The notes under the pieces are model-generated. The model was given only the letters and a program-made list of their open reading frames with translations. It had not been told where the DNA came from and did no database searches. From assembly GCF_018977255.1 (NCBI RefSeq), contig NW_024704743.1, forward strand, positions 7,194,001 to 7,258,000: 64,000 nt of DNA, in the 5' to 3' direction. This stretch comes from Callorhinchus milii (Eukaryota). Every line of letters starts with the position of its first letter. Position 1 is the first letter of the stretch. The translations under genes were made by a program, and so were the position numbers. Shown piece by piece: positions 11,280 to 22,010 of this stretch.

Positions 11280-11830
11280 GCCTTTCTGAATGGAACTTAT
11301 TGATTTAATGTCTCAAGATACTGCAATATTCTGTCGTTAAAATGATTTATCAGGGCCATGGGAAAGATACCTCCTGCCAAGAACAGAGCCCTGGAAGAGA
11401 CAATGACTGCATCTGTTTGGCATATGCCACAGCAAGGTAGCCTTTTAGATAAGGCGAGGCCTTGGGAGTGCTTCCTTCTGTACCTTTTGAATGTTTAACC
11501 AGCTTCCAGTCAGGTGCTGGAGGGCGAGCCTGAGGCCACCCCCAGTTCCCATCACATTAAGCAGATCAGGTCAGCCCCCCCATTTGCCCCCCTCACAATT
11601 TTAGCTCCATTCTCGACTTCAAACCCAACCCCCTCTCTCACCCTCCCTCCCCCCACCGTGCAAAAACAGGCATTCAATCGACATAGCCTGTTGTTCAAGA
11701 CAATTCATTGTATAACAACATCTGACATGCATGACAGTAACTGCTTGCTAATTATGGTGCAAATCGACAGTGAGGTTTGTTGTGTGACCAGGTCCTCGAA
11801 CAATTGGGCAATTGTTGTGTGAGAAGATTA
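11280..11830. promoter_or_regulatory. Candidate enhancer with paired SOX sites
   Basis: ACAATtcATTGT 11700-11711, AACAATtgggcaATTGTT 11799-11816, TGATTTAT 11343-11350, TGACAG; repeat-free. Confidence 0.45.
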
Positions 11831-12327
11831 TAGAGACGGGGCTGGTAGTTTCCCTCAAATTATCCCCATTTACTGAGACTGCTTAGACCTGGTGCACTGC
11901 AAAAAGAGAAAAAAATAATGAGCCCTAAAGTAGGTTCGAGGAGCTGTTACAAAACTCAGGGGCACTCATTTCAATTGGTATCGAAACATCCCACGACTTT
12001 CATATTTTAATGATTGCTACTTCGTGTCACCTTGGGCTTCCTGCCTGAGCTCATTAATCTCATTTCAAACATAACACTCCAAACAGATTAGCGAGGCAGC
12101 ATGTGAAGAGTGCTCATGGCAAGCTAACATTGTTCTTTCAGGCTGCTCCACCTTCCACATTTTTATTTTGAAAGGAATGGATTCTCCTCCGCCTCCCCCT
12201 CCCCAGCCCAGGTTTTGATCTGCAGCCTGTGCACAGTTAGCTAATGTCACCCGGGGCAACAGCAGGGAACAACAATTGGCCCCAGCGCTCTGGATGAGAG
12301 GTGGAATCGGGCAGAGTTCCTACTTCT

Positions 12328-12690
12328 GATAATAATGATCCTTGCATTTGATATTATGCCTTATCCCTTCGTTGAGACGTCTCAAAGCATTTCACAGAAT
12401 ATATTGTAAAGTGGTCTGACTGTATATTTTCTTGGCCAAACACGGCAGACAATTGTGTACAGCAGTGTCCCACAAAGAGTCGTGAATTGAGTGACCAAAT
12501 TACTATTATTTTATTTATTTAGTTATTTATTTTGAAGGGATTATTGTTCATGGAAAGCGATCCGCCAATCGACTAACAACCAGCTTTTTACCTACTGCTA
12601 GGTAAACAGAAGGGTGTGGAGTAAGGAATCGAACCCGAGTCTTCTCGTTTGCGAGACGAGTGCTCTAACCACTACGCTTTGGGACTCCAT
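12328..12690 (-). mobile_element. tRNA-headed SINE type 2, near full length
   Basis: Reverse complement of ggagtcccaaagcgtagtggttagagcactcg...gggttcgattcc head, body and (att)n tail. Confidence 0.85.
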
Positions 12691-12751
12691 TGTTCACTAT
12701 CTCCAGCAAAGCGAGCAGGTATATGGGTACCTGGTGAAGGCAGTATCAGGA

Positions 12752-12966
12752 GCCTTAAATTTCTCATGTTTAAGAATAGTTCTCAGTCTTAAGAATATTC
12801 AATCATTAAGATCATGCAGAATTTTGGAAAATGGTCTTTAGTTCTGATTTGGGAATCAATTTTCCTCAGTACCCCAAAAAAAGAATTACGGAAGCTTCCA
12901 AATTAAGATTGAATTTCAGACTGTGGTCCCACGTGTAGTAGGCACTTAAATTTTAAGACAATATTA
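12752..12966. mobile_element. Palindromic MITE-like element (decayed)
   Basis: taagatcatgcagaattttggaaaatggtc...gcttccaaattaagattgaattt...aattttaagaca. Confidence 0.55.
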
Positions 12967-13287
12967 CATTGTCATGATGATTCAAAACTCTCTACAAGAT
13001 GTTATGTGAAGTATATTGATTATATTTGTAAGAACATGGCAGTAAGATTGAGTACTGCTGCTGTGAGATGAGTGACGAACTCTCTCTGGCCTCCCAACCC
13101 AAATTATTTGTTCACTCAATCCATGTTTGTGCGATACTGCTGTGCGCAATTGACTGCCACGTTTCACCCACAAAATACACAGTCAATCCACTTTACAATA
13201 TATTCTGTGAAATGCTTTGAGAGGACTCATCAGAAGATGTGATAAGGCGCTGTATCAGATGCAAGTATTATTTTTATTATAGTCTAT

Positions 13288-13482
13288 AAGTCTTGGCTTT
13301 TGCTAGTCTGCACCTAATACTGTCCAAAATTAGGTAAGTGGGATGTGTCCCTCCCGGAAGACAGCAAGCATTCCATTCCAAAACAAGGGAATCTCCATGT
13401 GTAGGTGGGAGCATGGAACTCTCAGTCTGGTTTGGATACTCTTAAGCCTGGTGATGGGTTTCTGCATGTGTCAGACACCTAG
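13288..13482 (+). mobile_element. Unassigned repeat family C fragment
   Basis: cctaatac...attaggtaagtggg...cattccattcc...ggatactcttaagc...ggtttctgcatgtgtcagacacc shared with at least 8 other loci. Confidence 0.75.
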
Positions 13483-13964
13483 TTCAACGTCTCATCTGAA
13501 GGATGGCACCTCTGATAATGCAGTGCTCCCCCAGCACTGCAATAAAGTATCAGCGGAGACTGTGAATTCAAAGTTTTGATGTGGGGCTTGAACCCACAAC
13601 CTTCTGACTCAGAGGCGAGAGTGCCAGCAACTGAACCCAGACCCGTTGCTACTCCCCCCTTTTTTTTTACTTATCTCAGGTTATTAGTGAAGCTGGCAGG
13701 GCCAGCAGTTATCACTCCCCCTGGTTACCTCAAGAAGATGGCCTTCTCATTAAACTGTTGTTGTCTTGTGGTGATTGTGCCCCCACACATGTGTTTCAGG
13801 ATCTTGACCCAGAGATAACATGAATAATAAGCCCTTGCATGATGCACCTGCAAGAGTCACCACCTTCAGAAGAGATGGGAAGATAAACCCCACAGGAATC
13901 TTTCATTTCCACCTGAAGCAGGCAGTTGGGACTTTGGTTTAACTTGGCTTAACATCTCATCTGA

Positions 13965-14115
13965 ATCATAGAATCATAGAATTATTCAGCACAGAAGAAG
14001 GCCATTCGGCCCATCGTGTCTGTGCTGGATCTTTGAAAAGGCTACCCAAATCAATTCCATTCGCCTGCTCTCCCCATAGCCCTGCAAACTTGTCCTCCCG
14101 AAATAATAATCTAAG
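13965..14115 (-). mobile_element. CR1 LINE 3' end
   Basis: atcatagaatcatagaa tail, gcacagaagaaggccattcggcccatc. Confidence 0.85.
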
Positions 14116-14279
14116 AATGGCATCTGAAGGATGGCACCTCTGATGCATTGGAGTATTAGGCTAGATTATGAGCTCAAATTATGAGTTGTGGGTCTTGAAT
14201 GCACAACTTTCTGATATGAACGATTCTGTTGGCCACATTTCTCTTTGAATAGTAAGTCAGTGAGCTGGAGATGTAAAAC

Positions 14280-14440
14280 ATTTTTGTTTTTTTGTCAGCC
14301 GGGTGTCTGACACATGCGGAAACCCATCACCATGCTTAAAAGGTTTCCAAACCAAGATGAGATTTCCATGCATCCCACCTACACATGGAAATTCCAGAGA
14401 TAGATTGTTGGAATGGAATGCGCTCTCTCTTCCCGGATGA
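14280..14440 (-). mobile_element. Unassigned repeat family C fragment
   Basis: T-run then gtcagccgggtgtctgacacatgcggaaacccatcaccatgcttaa. Confidence 0.75.
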
Positions 14441-15124
14441 AAAAGAAGGTGTTTCCATTCACACACATTGCACAGCAAAACCATTGTTCCCCCATTGAAA
14501 TTCCGAACATGTCGCACTCTACAACGACCTGATACCCTGGGATTACTAATGAAAATTCTGCGTTATGGATTATCTTATATTTTGTCGAAACAAGGAAGAA
14601 ACAGAGTGAGGTTTTTTTAAATAAAAGACAAGGTGAAGGGATGGGATGTATAAACACTTACAGTCACTAAACTGTGATCTATGTTGGACTTCTTAGGCTG
14701 ATTTCAGGGCAATAAAAATTCTCAACCCCACAGAAAAAGAAGTTGCAAATGGGATCTCCCCACAGCAATTATGTGATATTTTATGCTGTGAGGAATGACA
14801 GCAACACTGGGAAAAGGATAATATTTTACAGTTTAATATTGATAGGCCAAAATAATATTCAGTAACAAGATGGAAAGTTAATTCTGAGTTGGTCTGTTTC
14901 ACCATTAACACACAAGAAACCATTTTATTTCATTTTTTGATTCAGAAGTTAGAAGAAAGAATGAGAATTTTTATAGTGCCTTAACATCTCAAAATGTCTC
15001 AGATAACTACTGTCAGGTGTAGTGACCGTTATTCTTTGCAAACAGAGCCAATTTGTGCATAGCAATGTGCCACAAGTAGCCATGAGGTGAATTACAAATT
15101 TTATAATAATATAAATGCAAGTTG

Positions 15125-15540
15125 TTGTTGTTAAATCCTTACATTTGGTATAGCACCTTTCATTTTGGGAGGACATCTCAAAATGCTTCAAAGGATGTTA
15201 TACTGAAAGTGGAGTAATTGTACGTCTTGTGGACGAATGTGGCCGCTAGTTTGCTCAGAGCAATGTCCCACATTCAACCATGAAGCATATGGCCAATTTT
15301 ATTGGAAGACTGTTGGCCAGGACACATGGAGAAACTCCCTTCTGTTCCAATTAATGCCATGGGATTGTTAATATCCACATGACAGGACCTCGGTTGAACA
15401 TCTCATCAAAAGGACAGCACCTCCAACGATGTAGTGCACCTACAGCCCTGCATTGGAGTGTCATCTAGGTTTGGTGTGTTTGAACCCATAACCTTCTGAC
15501 TCAGAGGCGAGAATGCTACCAGCTGAGCCAATTTGACACG
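15125..15540 (-). mobile_element. DeuSINE, near full length
   Basis: tRNA-like head (rc of gaacccataaccttctgactcagaggcgagaatgctaccagctgagcc), Deu domain and tail. Confidence 0.85.
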
Positions 15541-15569
15541 AGCACTGTGTCCAAGTTACTTGACAGTTA

Positions 15570-16055
15570 GTGTTTCAGATCCAATATAGAGGTTGGGATC
15601 AGGGAGGGTGGAGGGCAGGGGGTGAAAGGGGATGACCGAAGGCATGGACGAAGAGGAGCGTCTTGAGATGGGTCTTGAAGGAGGCAAGGGAGGGGGCGAG
15701 GTGAGGGACTGCGGGAAGGAGTACCAGAGGATGGGGGTAGAATGGCTGAAGACCCACCCGCCAATGGTGGGGCGGGCAAGGCGGGGGACAGAAGCAGGCC
15801 GGAGCGGACAGGTTGGTAGGGGGTTAGGAGGTCGCAGAGGTAGGGGGGAGCAAGGCCATGCAGGGCTTTGAAGGTGAGGACCAGGACCTTGAACTGTATC
15901 CTCTGCATGATGGGAAGCCAGTGGAGTTGGGGTAATAGGGTCACGGAGCCTGGTGCGGGATAGGATATGGGCTGCAGAGTTCTGAATGATCTGCAGTCTG
16001 TGGGGGAGGAGTTGGGGAGGCTGACAAACAGCAAGAGCCAGATACAGAGTAAAAC
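15570..16055 (-). mobile_element. L2 LINE 3' fragment
   Basis: LPQLHWLPIMQRIQFKVLVLTFKALHGLAPPYLCDLL translation plus 3'UTR. Confidence 0.9.
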
Positions 16056-16519
16056 TCCCACCTTACCCTCAGCCTCAAAAATGTGCTTTGACCCAAATCT
16101 CAGAAGAGCCCCTCCTCTACTGCATGAATGTGAGCTTTTAGTGCCTTTCCCACATCAGCCATCTTTGTGGCTCCTCTGAATCAGTCTGCCTATTTAGAGT
16201 CAAATAGTCTCCAATTATACATCGTTTGTGCCATGATATTTTTCCCCACTGGAAACTGGCCTGAGATTGACTAAGCTCTTTTCCATTGGGTTACTTTAAA
16301 ATAGCCAGAGAAAAGAAACTCATTCTGTTATCTCTTTATTATTCGGTCAAATGAGTGCCTGAAACGCACGAAAACTCTTCACCATGTTTGAGTCTCAAAA
16401 ACAAACTATTGTCTGGTTCCCATTTTCTATAGAGGTTTTTCACTTAGATTTTCTTTATGCCCTTTCAATTTCTCCCCCCTTGAAGAGATCAACTCAAGAC
16501 AATGTTTTCAATGGCAAGC

Positions 16520-16740
16520 ATTGCAGCTTTAGCTGGTTAGACTCCAGCAATACCCCAACACATAATCTGGGGTAACCAAGCCTAGGCTCCTGTCACCCTG
16601 CACCTAATACACTCCAGAATTAGGTAAGCAGGGTGCATGTGTAGGTGGTGGACATATGTGGAACTCTCAATCAAGTGTGGAGCCTCTTAAGCATGGCGAT
16701 CTGTTTCCCCACGTGTTAGACACCCGGCTGACCAAAGAAG
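16520..16740 (+). mobile_element. Unassigned repeat family C fragment
   Basis: agctggttagactccagc...cctaatac...attaggtaagc...gacacccggctgaccaaa. Confidence 0.75.
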
Positions 16741-17314
16741 GTCGGGGTCAATGGTTCCAGCCTTGCTGTCACCGCATGAGCAGTGGGCTGAAGCCATTAA
16801 CAAAGGGGGATTGCAATTCTTCAGCTCTTTAATATGCATTGCAACAACAAATGCTGCATTGGAATGCTGAATTTACCCTTCTCTAAATTAACATGTGAAA
16901 AAGTGAAAAATGGCATCTTAATGACCAACCAGTAACTGGTGATAATTATCAGGTACTTACCAGCAAAGTCACCTGATATCACTTTTACATCATTACTTTG
17001 TCTTCAAGGTTCAAGGGAAATGCCAGGAGCAAAACCACCTGATTTTAGGTGCAATTTCCGATCTTTAATGTTATTCTTTTCAATAGTGGAGAGCCCCAGG
17101 ATTATTTTACTATCAGGTCATATTATGCCTGGAACATCATTTTGCCAGAGGTGTTTTTTTGACAACCAGAGTTCACGTAAAAGGCTTCAGCTCCATTTTT
17201 GGTTTTGGTTTTGAGGACACCAGAACCACAGGCTATTTGTTGCTGCAGTTACAATAATCTCACTGGGAATATTTGAATATATATACATTTTCTTTATATC
17301 AGTTTATTTAAGAG

Positions 17315-17790
17315 ATAGCCTAGGATGACACACCAGTGCAGTGCTGGGAGAGCAATGCAGTAGTGGAGGTGCTTTCATTCAGTTGAGATGTTAAACAGAG
17401 GACCCATCTGCCCGTTCAGGTGGATGTTAAAGTTGGATGTCACGGCACTACTTGAAAAGAGAAGGGATTTTCTCCTGGTGCCCTGTTCAGTAATCCCCCA
17501 GATAAAATTGGTCATTCATTTCATAGCTGTTTGTGGGATATTGGTTGCTGCGTTTGCCTATAAAATACATTCACTTTACCATAAATCTTGTGAGGCACTT
17601 TGAAATGTTTTGATGACATGATTTAATGCCTCATCCAAAGGACAACACCACCAACAAAATAGAATACCCCAACACTGTACTGGAGTATCAGTTTTTTAAG
17701 ACTCTTAAGGATTCCAAGTCCAACTTGGGCTTGAACCCACAAACTTCTGAGAGAGGCAAAAGCGCTACCATCTGAGCCAGGCTGACACAA
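17315..17790. mobile_element. Two DeuSINE fragments (plus, then minus)
   Basis: Deu motifs 17315-17620 (+); SINE head reverse complement 17620-17790. Confidence 0.75.
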
Positions 17791-18629
17791 CGGACAGCAG
17801 GTGCTGTAAAGGTGCCTCTGGATCTGCTCTGTAGCAATACCCTCAGGATTGGAAGGAAGTATTTTGCAGTGGAAAAGTGCCCTTTCTCACACTCACTGCT
17901 CCAGAGTGATTTTTGGCAACTTTATTCCATTTTTCGTGTTTTCACAATTGTAATGTCGCAAATGGCTTAGTGACGCAGTCTGCGACAAGTTTCTTCGGTT
18001 TTCCCACTATTAACAAAATTATCCTCAAAGCCACTATTTGCAAAATATTTATTTTTGCTTCCCCTTATGAGCCTGCTGGCAACATTCAATCACTCTCACA
18101 CATGGCATGATGTTACTACAAACTACATCTATGCATGTTCTTGTATCCTGCATTTATTAGTCACAGTGAATTCATTGTGCATAACCATATCTGGCTTCGG
18201 CCTTGAACTGTACTCCACACAATTTATGGTTTGTCTCAAACAAAATAAACATTCTTTATTATTTTATTTCCTTTACCAAAATATCTTGCCTTTTTTTGTT
18301 TGTGTATTTATTCCCTAATATTTTTTCTCCGGCAATTTTATCTCCTCCTAAAGGCGCTGACCCTTGTACCAAATTACTGGACCATTGAGTTTGGATGTCC
18401 TCTGGTACTGGGTGCATCCCTCGGTGGGAGAGAGTGCAAAATCCATTCCAGATACAGGGACATTTCCCTGGTTGGAAAGCGTTGGTTAGCCGGGACTCTG
18501 ACACATGCGGAAACCCATCACTACGCTTAAAAATGGTCATTCAAATGGTTGAATGGTTCATTTAGTCTTATCCTTACTGAATATCCACCCTACTGTCCAA
18601 GTTTTTCTTCAATGAGTCCCCCACTTTGC

Positions 18630-19075
18630 CCCCAACAACAACAACAAGATTCCATTTATAGAGTGCCTTTCACGTCAGGAGGACGTCCCAAGGCGCTGTA
18701 CAGTTGGGTCAAGACCCGAGTAGGGGGGAAATGGTCAGGGGGAGGGAAGGGAGGGAGCGAGGAGGGGGTAGAGAGTCGACAGGGGAGCTGAAGGCATGGT
18801 CAAAGAGAAAGGTCTTGAGACCGGCCTTGAAGGAGGAAAGGGAGGAGGCGGCGAAGGCACTGGGGGATAGAGTTCCAGAGCCTAGGGGCTGAGAGGCTGA
18901 AGGCCCGGCCACCGATGGTAGGGCGGTTGGGGCGGGGGACGTGGAGCAGACCGGAGCCAGAGGAACGGAGGGTACGGGCAGGTAGGTAGGGGGATAGTAG
19001 GTCGGAGAGGTAGGAGGGAGCAAGGCCGTGAATGGCCTTGTAGGTGAGGATGAGGATCTTGAATTCGATCTCCTT
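18630..19075 (-). mobile_element. L2 LINE 3' fragment with intact tail
   Basis: caacaacaacaac tail; SSFKAGLKTFLFDHAF; rc encodes IEFKILILTYKAIHGLAPSYL. Confidence 0.9.
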
Positions 19076-19339
19076 TCCTAGTACCTCTGTTCCAGTTGTT
19101 AATTGGATTCAATTGTTCCAGTTATCTCGGCCAACAATAAAATTGGTCATTCACGCCATTGCTGTTTGTGGGATGTTGCTGTGCACAAATTAGCAGCTGT
19201 GTTTGTCCTTAAAACACACCGTCACTCCACTTTACAGTATATTCTGTGAAGAGTTTTCGAACAATCTCCTGACCTGAAAGGCGCTATACCAAATACATGG
19301 ATTATTATTAATTACCCTCTGTATAAAGTGATACTTCAT

Positions 19340-19670
19340 TGGTAATGATAGGGTGGTCCTAGCTGGATCATCCTATCATTACTGGTATTGGCAGACAGTG
19401 ATATCTATATGGTTTTAGTTGGTTAGGCTCCAGCAGTTACCCCAACACGGACTCTTCGGTCCCCAAGCCTTGGCTCTTGCCAACTTGTGCCTAATACTTT
19501 CCGGAATTAGGTAAGCGGGATACGTCCCTCCAGGGAGAGAGTGCGCATTCCATTCCGACAATCCATCTCTGGAATTTCTATGTGTTGGTGGAATGCATGG
19601 AATTCTCAGTTTGATACTCTTAAGCATGGTGATGGGTTTCTGCATGTGTCAGACTGGCGGATCAAAAAAA
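19340..19670 (+). mobile_element. Unassigned repeat family C, best-preserved copy, A-run end
   Basis: Full family C motifs ending gtgtcagactggcggatcaaaaaaa. Confidence 0.75.
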
Positions 19671-19979
19671 ACTATATAATAGTAATAATAATAAATAATA
19701 TTCACATTTGATATTGCGCCCTTCACTTCAGTGCGTTGTCTTAAAGTGCTTCACAGGATTTACTGTAAATGTAGTGAGGCATCTGTCTCTGCTCTGTGAC
19801 AATTACACTGAAGCAGTAGCCACTGATGACGGGGGTTCCATACACAGGCATGTGTGTGCCTCTCACTGTAGTCAATGAAACTCAGAACCTCAGCAATCGG
19901 TATCAATGTATTCCTCAAAATAGGGATTGATCTGAGCAAAAATATTTTCAAGTGATTCTCACCTTCTCTCCTCACACAT

Positions 19980-20215
19980 ACAAAACCTTAGGCAAGTTTC
20001 CTTACTCCACACTCCTCTATTTACCAAGCAGTAAGTAGGAACCTGGTTATTAGTCGATTGGCAGAACACTTTACGGGGCTAACAATTGGCTGCTGCATTG
20101 CATCCACAAAATACACAATCAATTCACTTTACAACATATTGCGTGAAGAACTTTGCGACGTCTCAACGACAGGATAAATTGTTATGTCAAATGCAAGGAT
20201 TATTATTATTATACT
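19980..20215 (+). mobile_element. SINE type 2 (headless)
   Basis: aaccttaggcaagtttccttactccac...gcaaggattattatt. Confidence 0.8.
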
Positions 20216-20404
20216 GGATTCACACAATGCACTTTGTAGGCAAATGTGGCAGCCAATCTGTGCACAGCAATGTCCCACAAATAGCTATGAATTGGCTGTT
20301 ATAAAATACACAGGATTTTTAAAACACAAACTTGCCACATTACAAGCAGACCTGCACTCGAGAGAGGTACATAGGCCGACACTCCAGAGCATCCAGGTAG
20401 GAGT

Positions 20405-20730
20405 AGGACTGTGTATTTGGAGGCGAAAGCGGCAGCCAATTTGCACACAGCAATGTCCCACAAGCAGCCATGAAGTGAATGACCATTTTTTTCTCTTTGG
20501 GGATTGTTGGCCAGGGCATTGGGAGAAACTCCTTTTTCTTTTCAAGTAATGCCAAGGGATCGCTAATGTCTACTTGAAGTGGCAAACGGAACCTCAGTCT
20601 CATCTGAAGGACGGCACCTCCGACAATGCAGCGGACCTTCAGATCTGCACTAGCACCCCCGACAGTGAATTTAAAGTCTCAACATAGGACTTGAACCTAC
20701 ATTCTTCTGACTCAGAGGCTAGAGTCAGCT
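20405..20730 (-). mobile_element. DeuSINE
   Basis: gcggcagccaatttgcacacagcaatgtcccacaa...ctcatctgaaggacggcacctccgacaatgcagc. Confidence 0.85.
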
Positions 20731-20936
20731 GACACACATATGGGATGATGTTTATAAGCGTACAATGTTATTGAGCAGAGAAGTCATTCATTCTTAGAAT
20801 AAGTCCTTGGAAATGCTGACATTTTTAAATATAGAAGTGTGACTGGAGCTAAGAGTGAAGATATGCTACTGTTTGGGACTCCACTTAAGTGCTTTTTCAA
20901 GTAAAGCTTGTGGAGGTTCAGTATAGAAGAGGCAGT

Positions 20937-20961
20937 GAGAGAGAGAGAGAGAGAGAGAGAG
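20937..20961. repeat. (GA)n microsatellite
   Basis: Direct observation. Confidence 0.95.
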
Positions 20962-21049
20962 CAAGCAGAGATTTAGCAGTGAATTTTTTCATAAATCAGG
21001 AATTGGAATGGCTGGGGTGCGGCTGGTTTAATTCGAATTCTATTCTCAG

Positions 21050-21540
21050 GTTTTAACTATGCGGCATGTGGTTGTCTGGAGTTAACTGTATCGTACAGCA
21101 CATTAAACCATTTGGCTCGATGGGATAAAGATTGTTTGTCAGCTACTGAGTTTAGACAATAGTATGCAAACGAGTTCCACGGGACTGAAGGGAGGTGGCT
21201 TGTTGCTGTGCTTTTGTGGTACTGTGGAACTTTCTTAAATGAGTGTTTCATTAGCAGACAGGCGTGGCAGCCCAACACGTCATTGATAAACTCAGCAAAC
21301 ACTTTGGGGCGAATTCTCGCACATTTATTGAGGATTTTCACACTAACGTGTCAAGTTGTGTCATTAAGATGCCCTTGTCAATCCGCCTGAGGCAGGATTC
21401 TCGGTCAACCCCTGACACCTTTTAATTCTTTGGTTTTCACACAAAGTGTCTGCGTGTGTGGGGGGTGGAATTTGTGCTCTGTATCAGTATAGTTTACTTT
21501 GAAAAGATGACGTCCAATTTATATCATTACCTCTGTGATC
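21050..21540. promoter_or_regulatory. Candidate conserved enhancer (TALE/SOX/POU motifs)
   Basis: Four TGTCA/TGACA sites in 21349-21416; ACAAT 21156 next to ATGCAAAC 21164; repeat-free. Confidence 0.45.
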
Positions 21541-21679
21541 TGTTATGTTCTTACATTCTTATCTCTTCAAGCCCCATTTTAGAATTTTGAACCCACATTT
21601 TGAGCTGACGCCCCAAAACAACAAACAACAACAACTTGCATTTATATAGTGCCCTACATAGAGGGTAGCATCTTGGAGC

Positions 21680-22010
21680 TGGTGAAGTGCTGTATTGTTG
21701 GAGGTGCTGTCCATCAGATGAGATGTTAAACCAAGTCATGTCTGCCTGTTCAGAGTGGTAGGATAAAGATCCTGTGGCACTATTTGAAAAGAACTGGGAG
21801 TTTCTCCTCCTGTTCCACCCAACAATTCCCCAGAGAAAAAAAATAGTCATTCACTTCAAAGCTGTTTGTGGAACTTTGCTGTGTGCAAGTTGGCTGCTGG
21901 GTTTGACTACAAAAAACACACTCACTTGACTCTACAGTAACTCCTGCGAGATGTCCTCTTACATGAAAGGTGCTATATATCAAATGCAAGGATTATTGCT
22001 ATTATTTTCA
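21680..22010 (+). mobile_element. DeuSINE
   Basis: ggaggtgctgtcc...gatgttaaacc...aaagatcctgtggcactattt...caaatgcaaggattatt. Confidence 0.85.

Noticed and set aside
19820..19850. Other CTGATGA occurrences (also near 32231, 44518, 50244) as hammerheads or C/D boxes
   Set aside because: No helix II/GAAA partner or snoRNA terminal stem seen.
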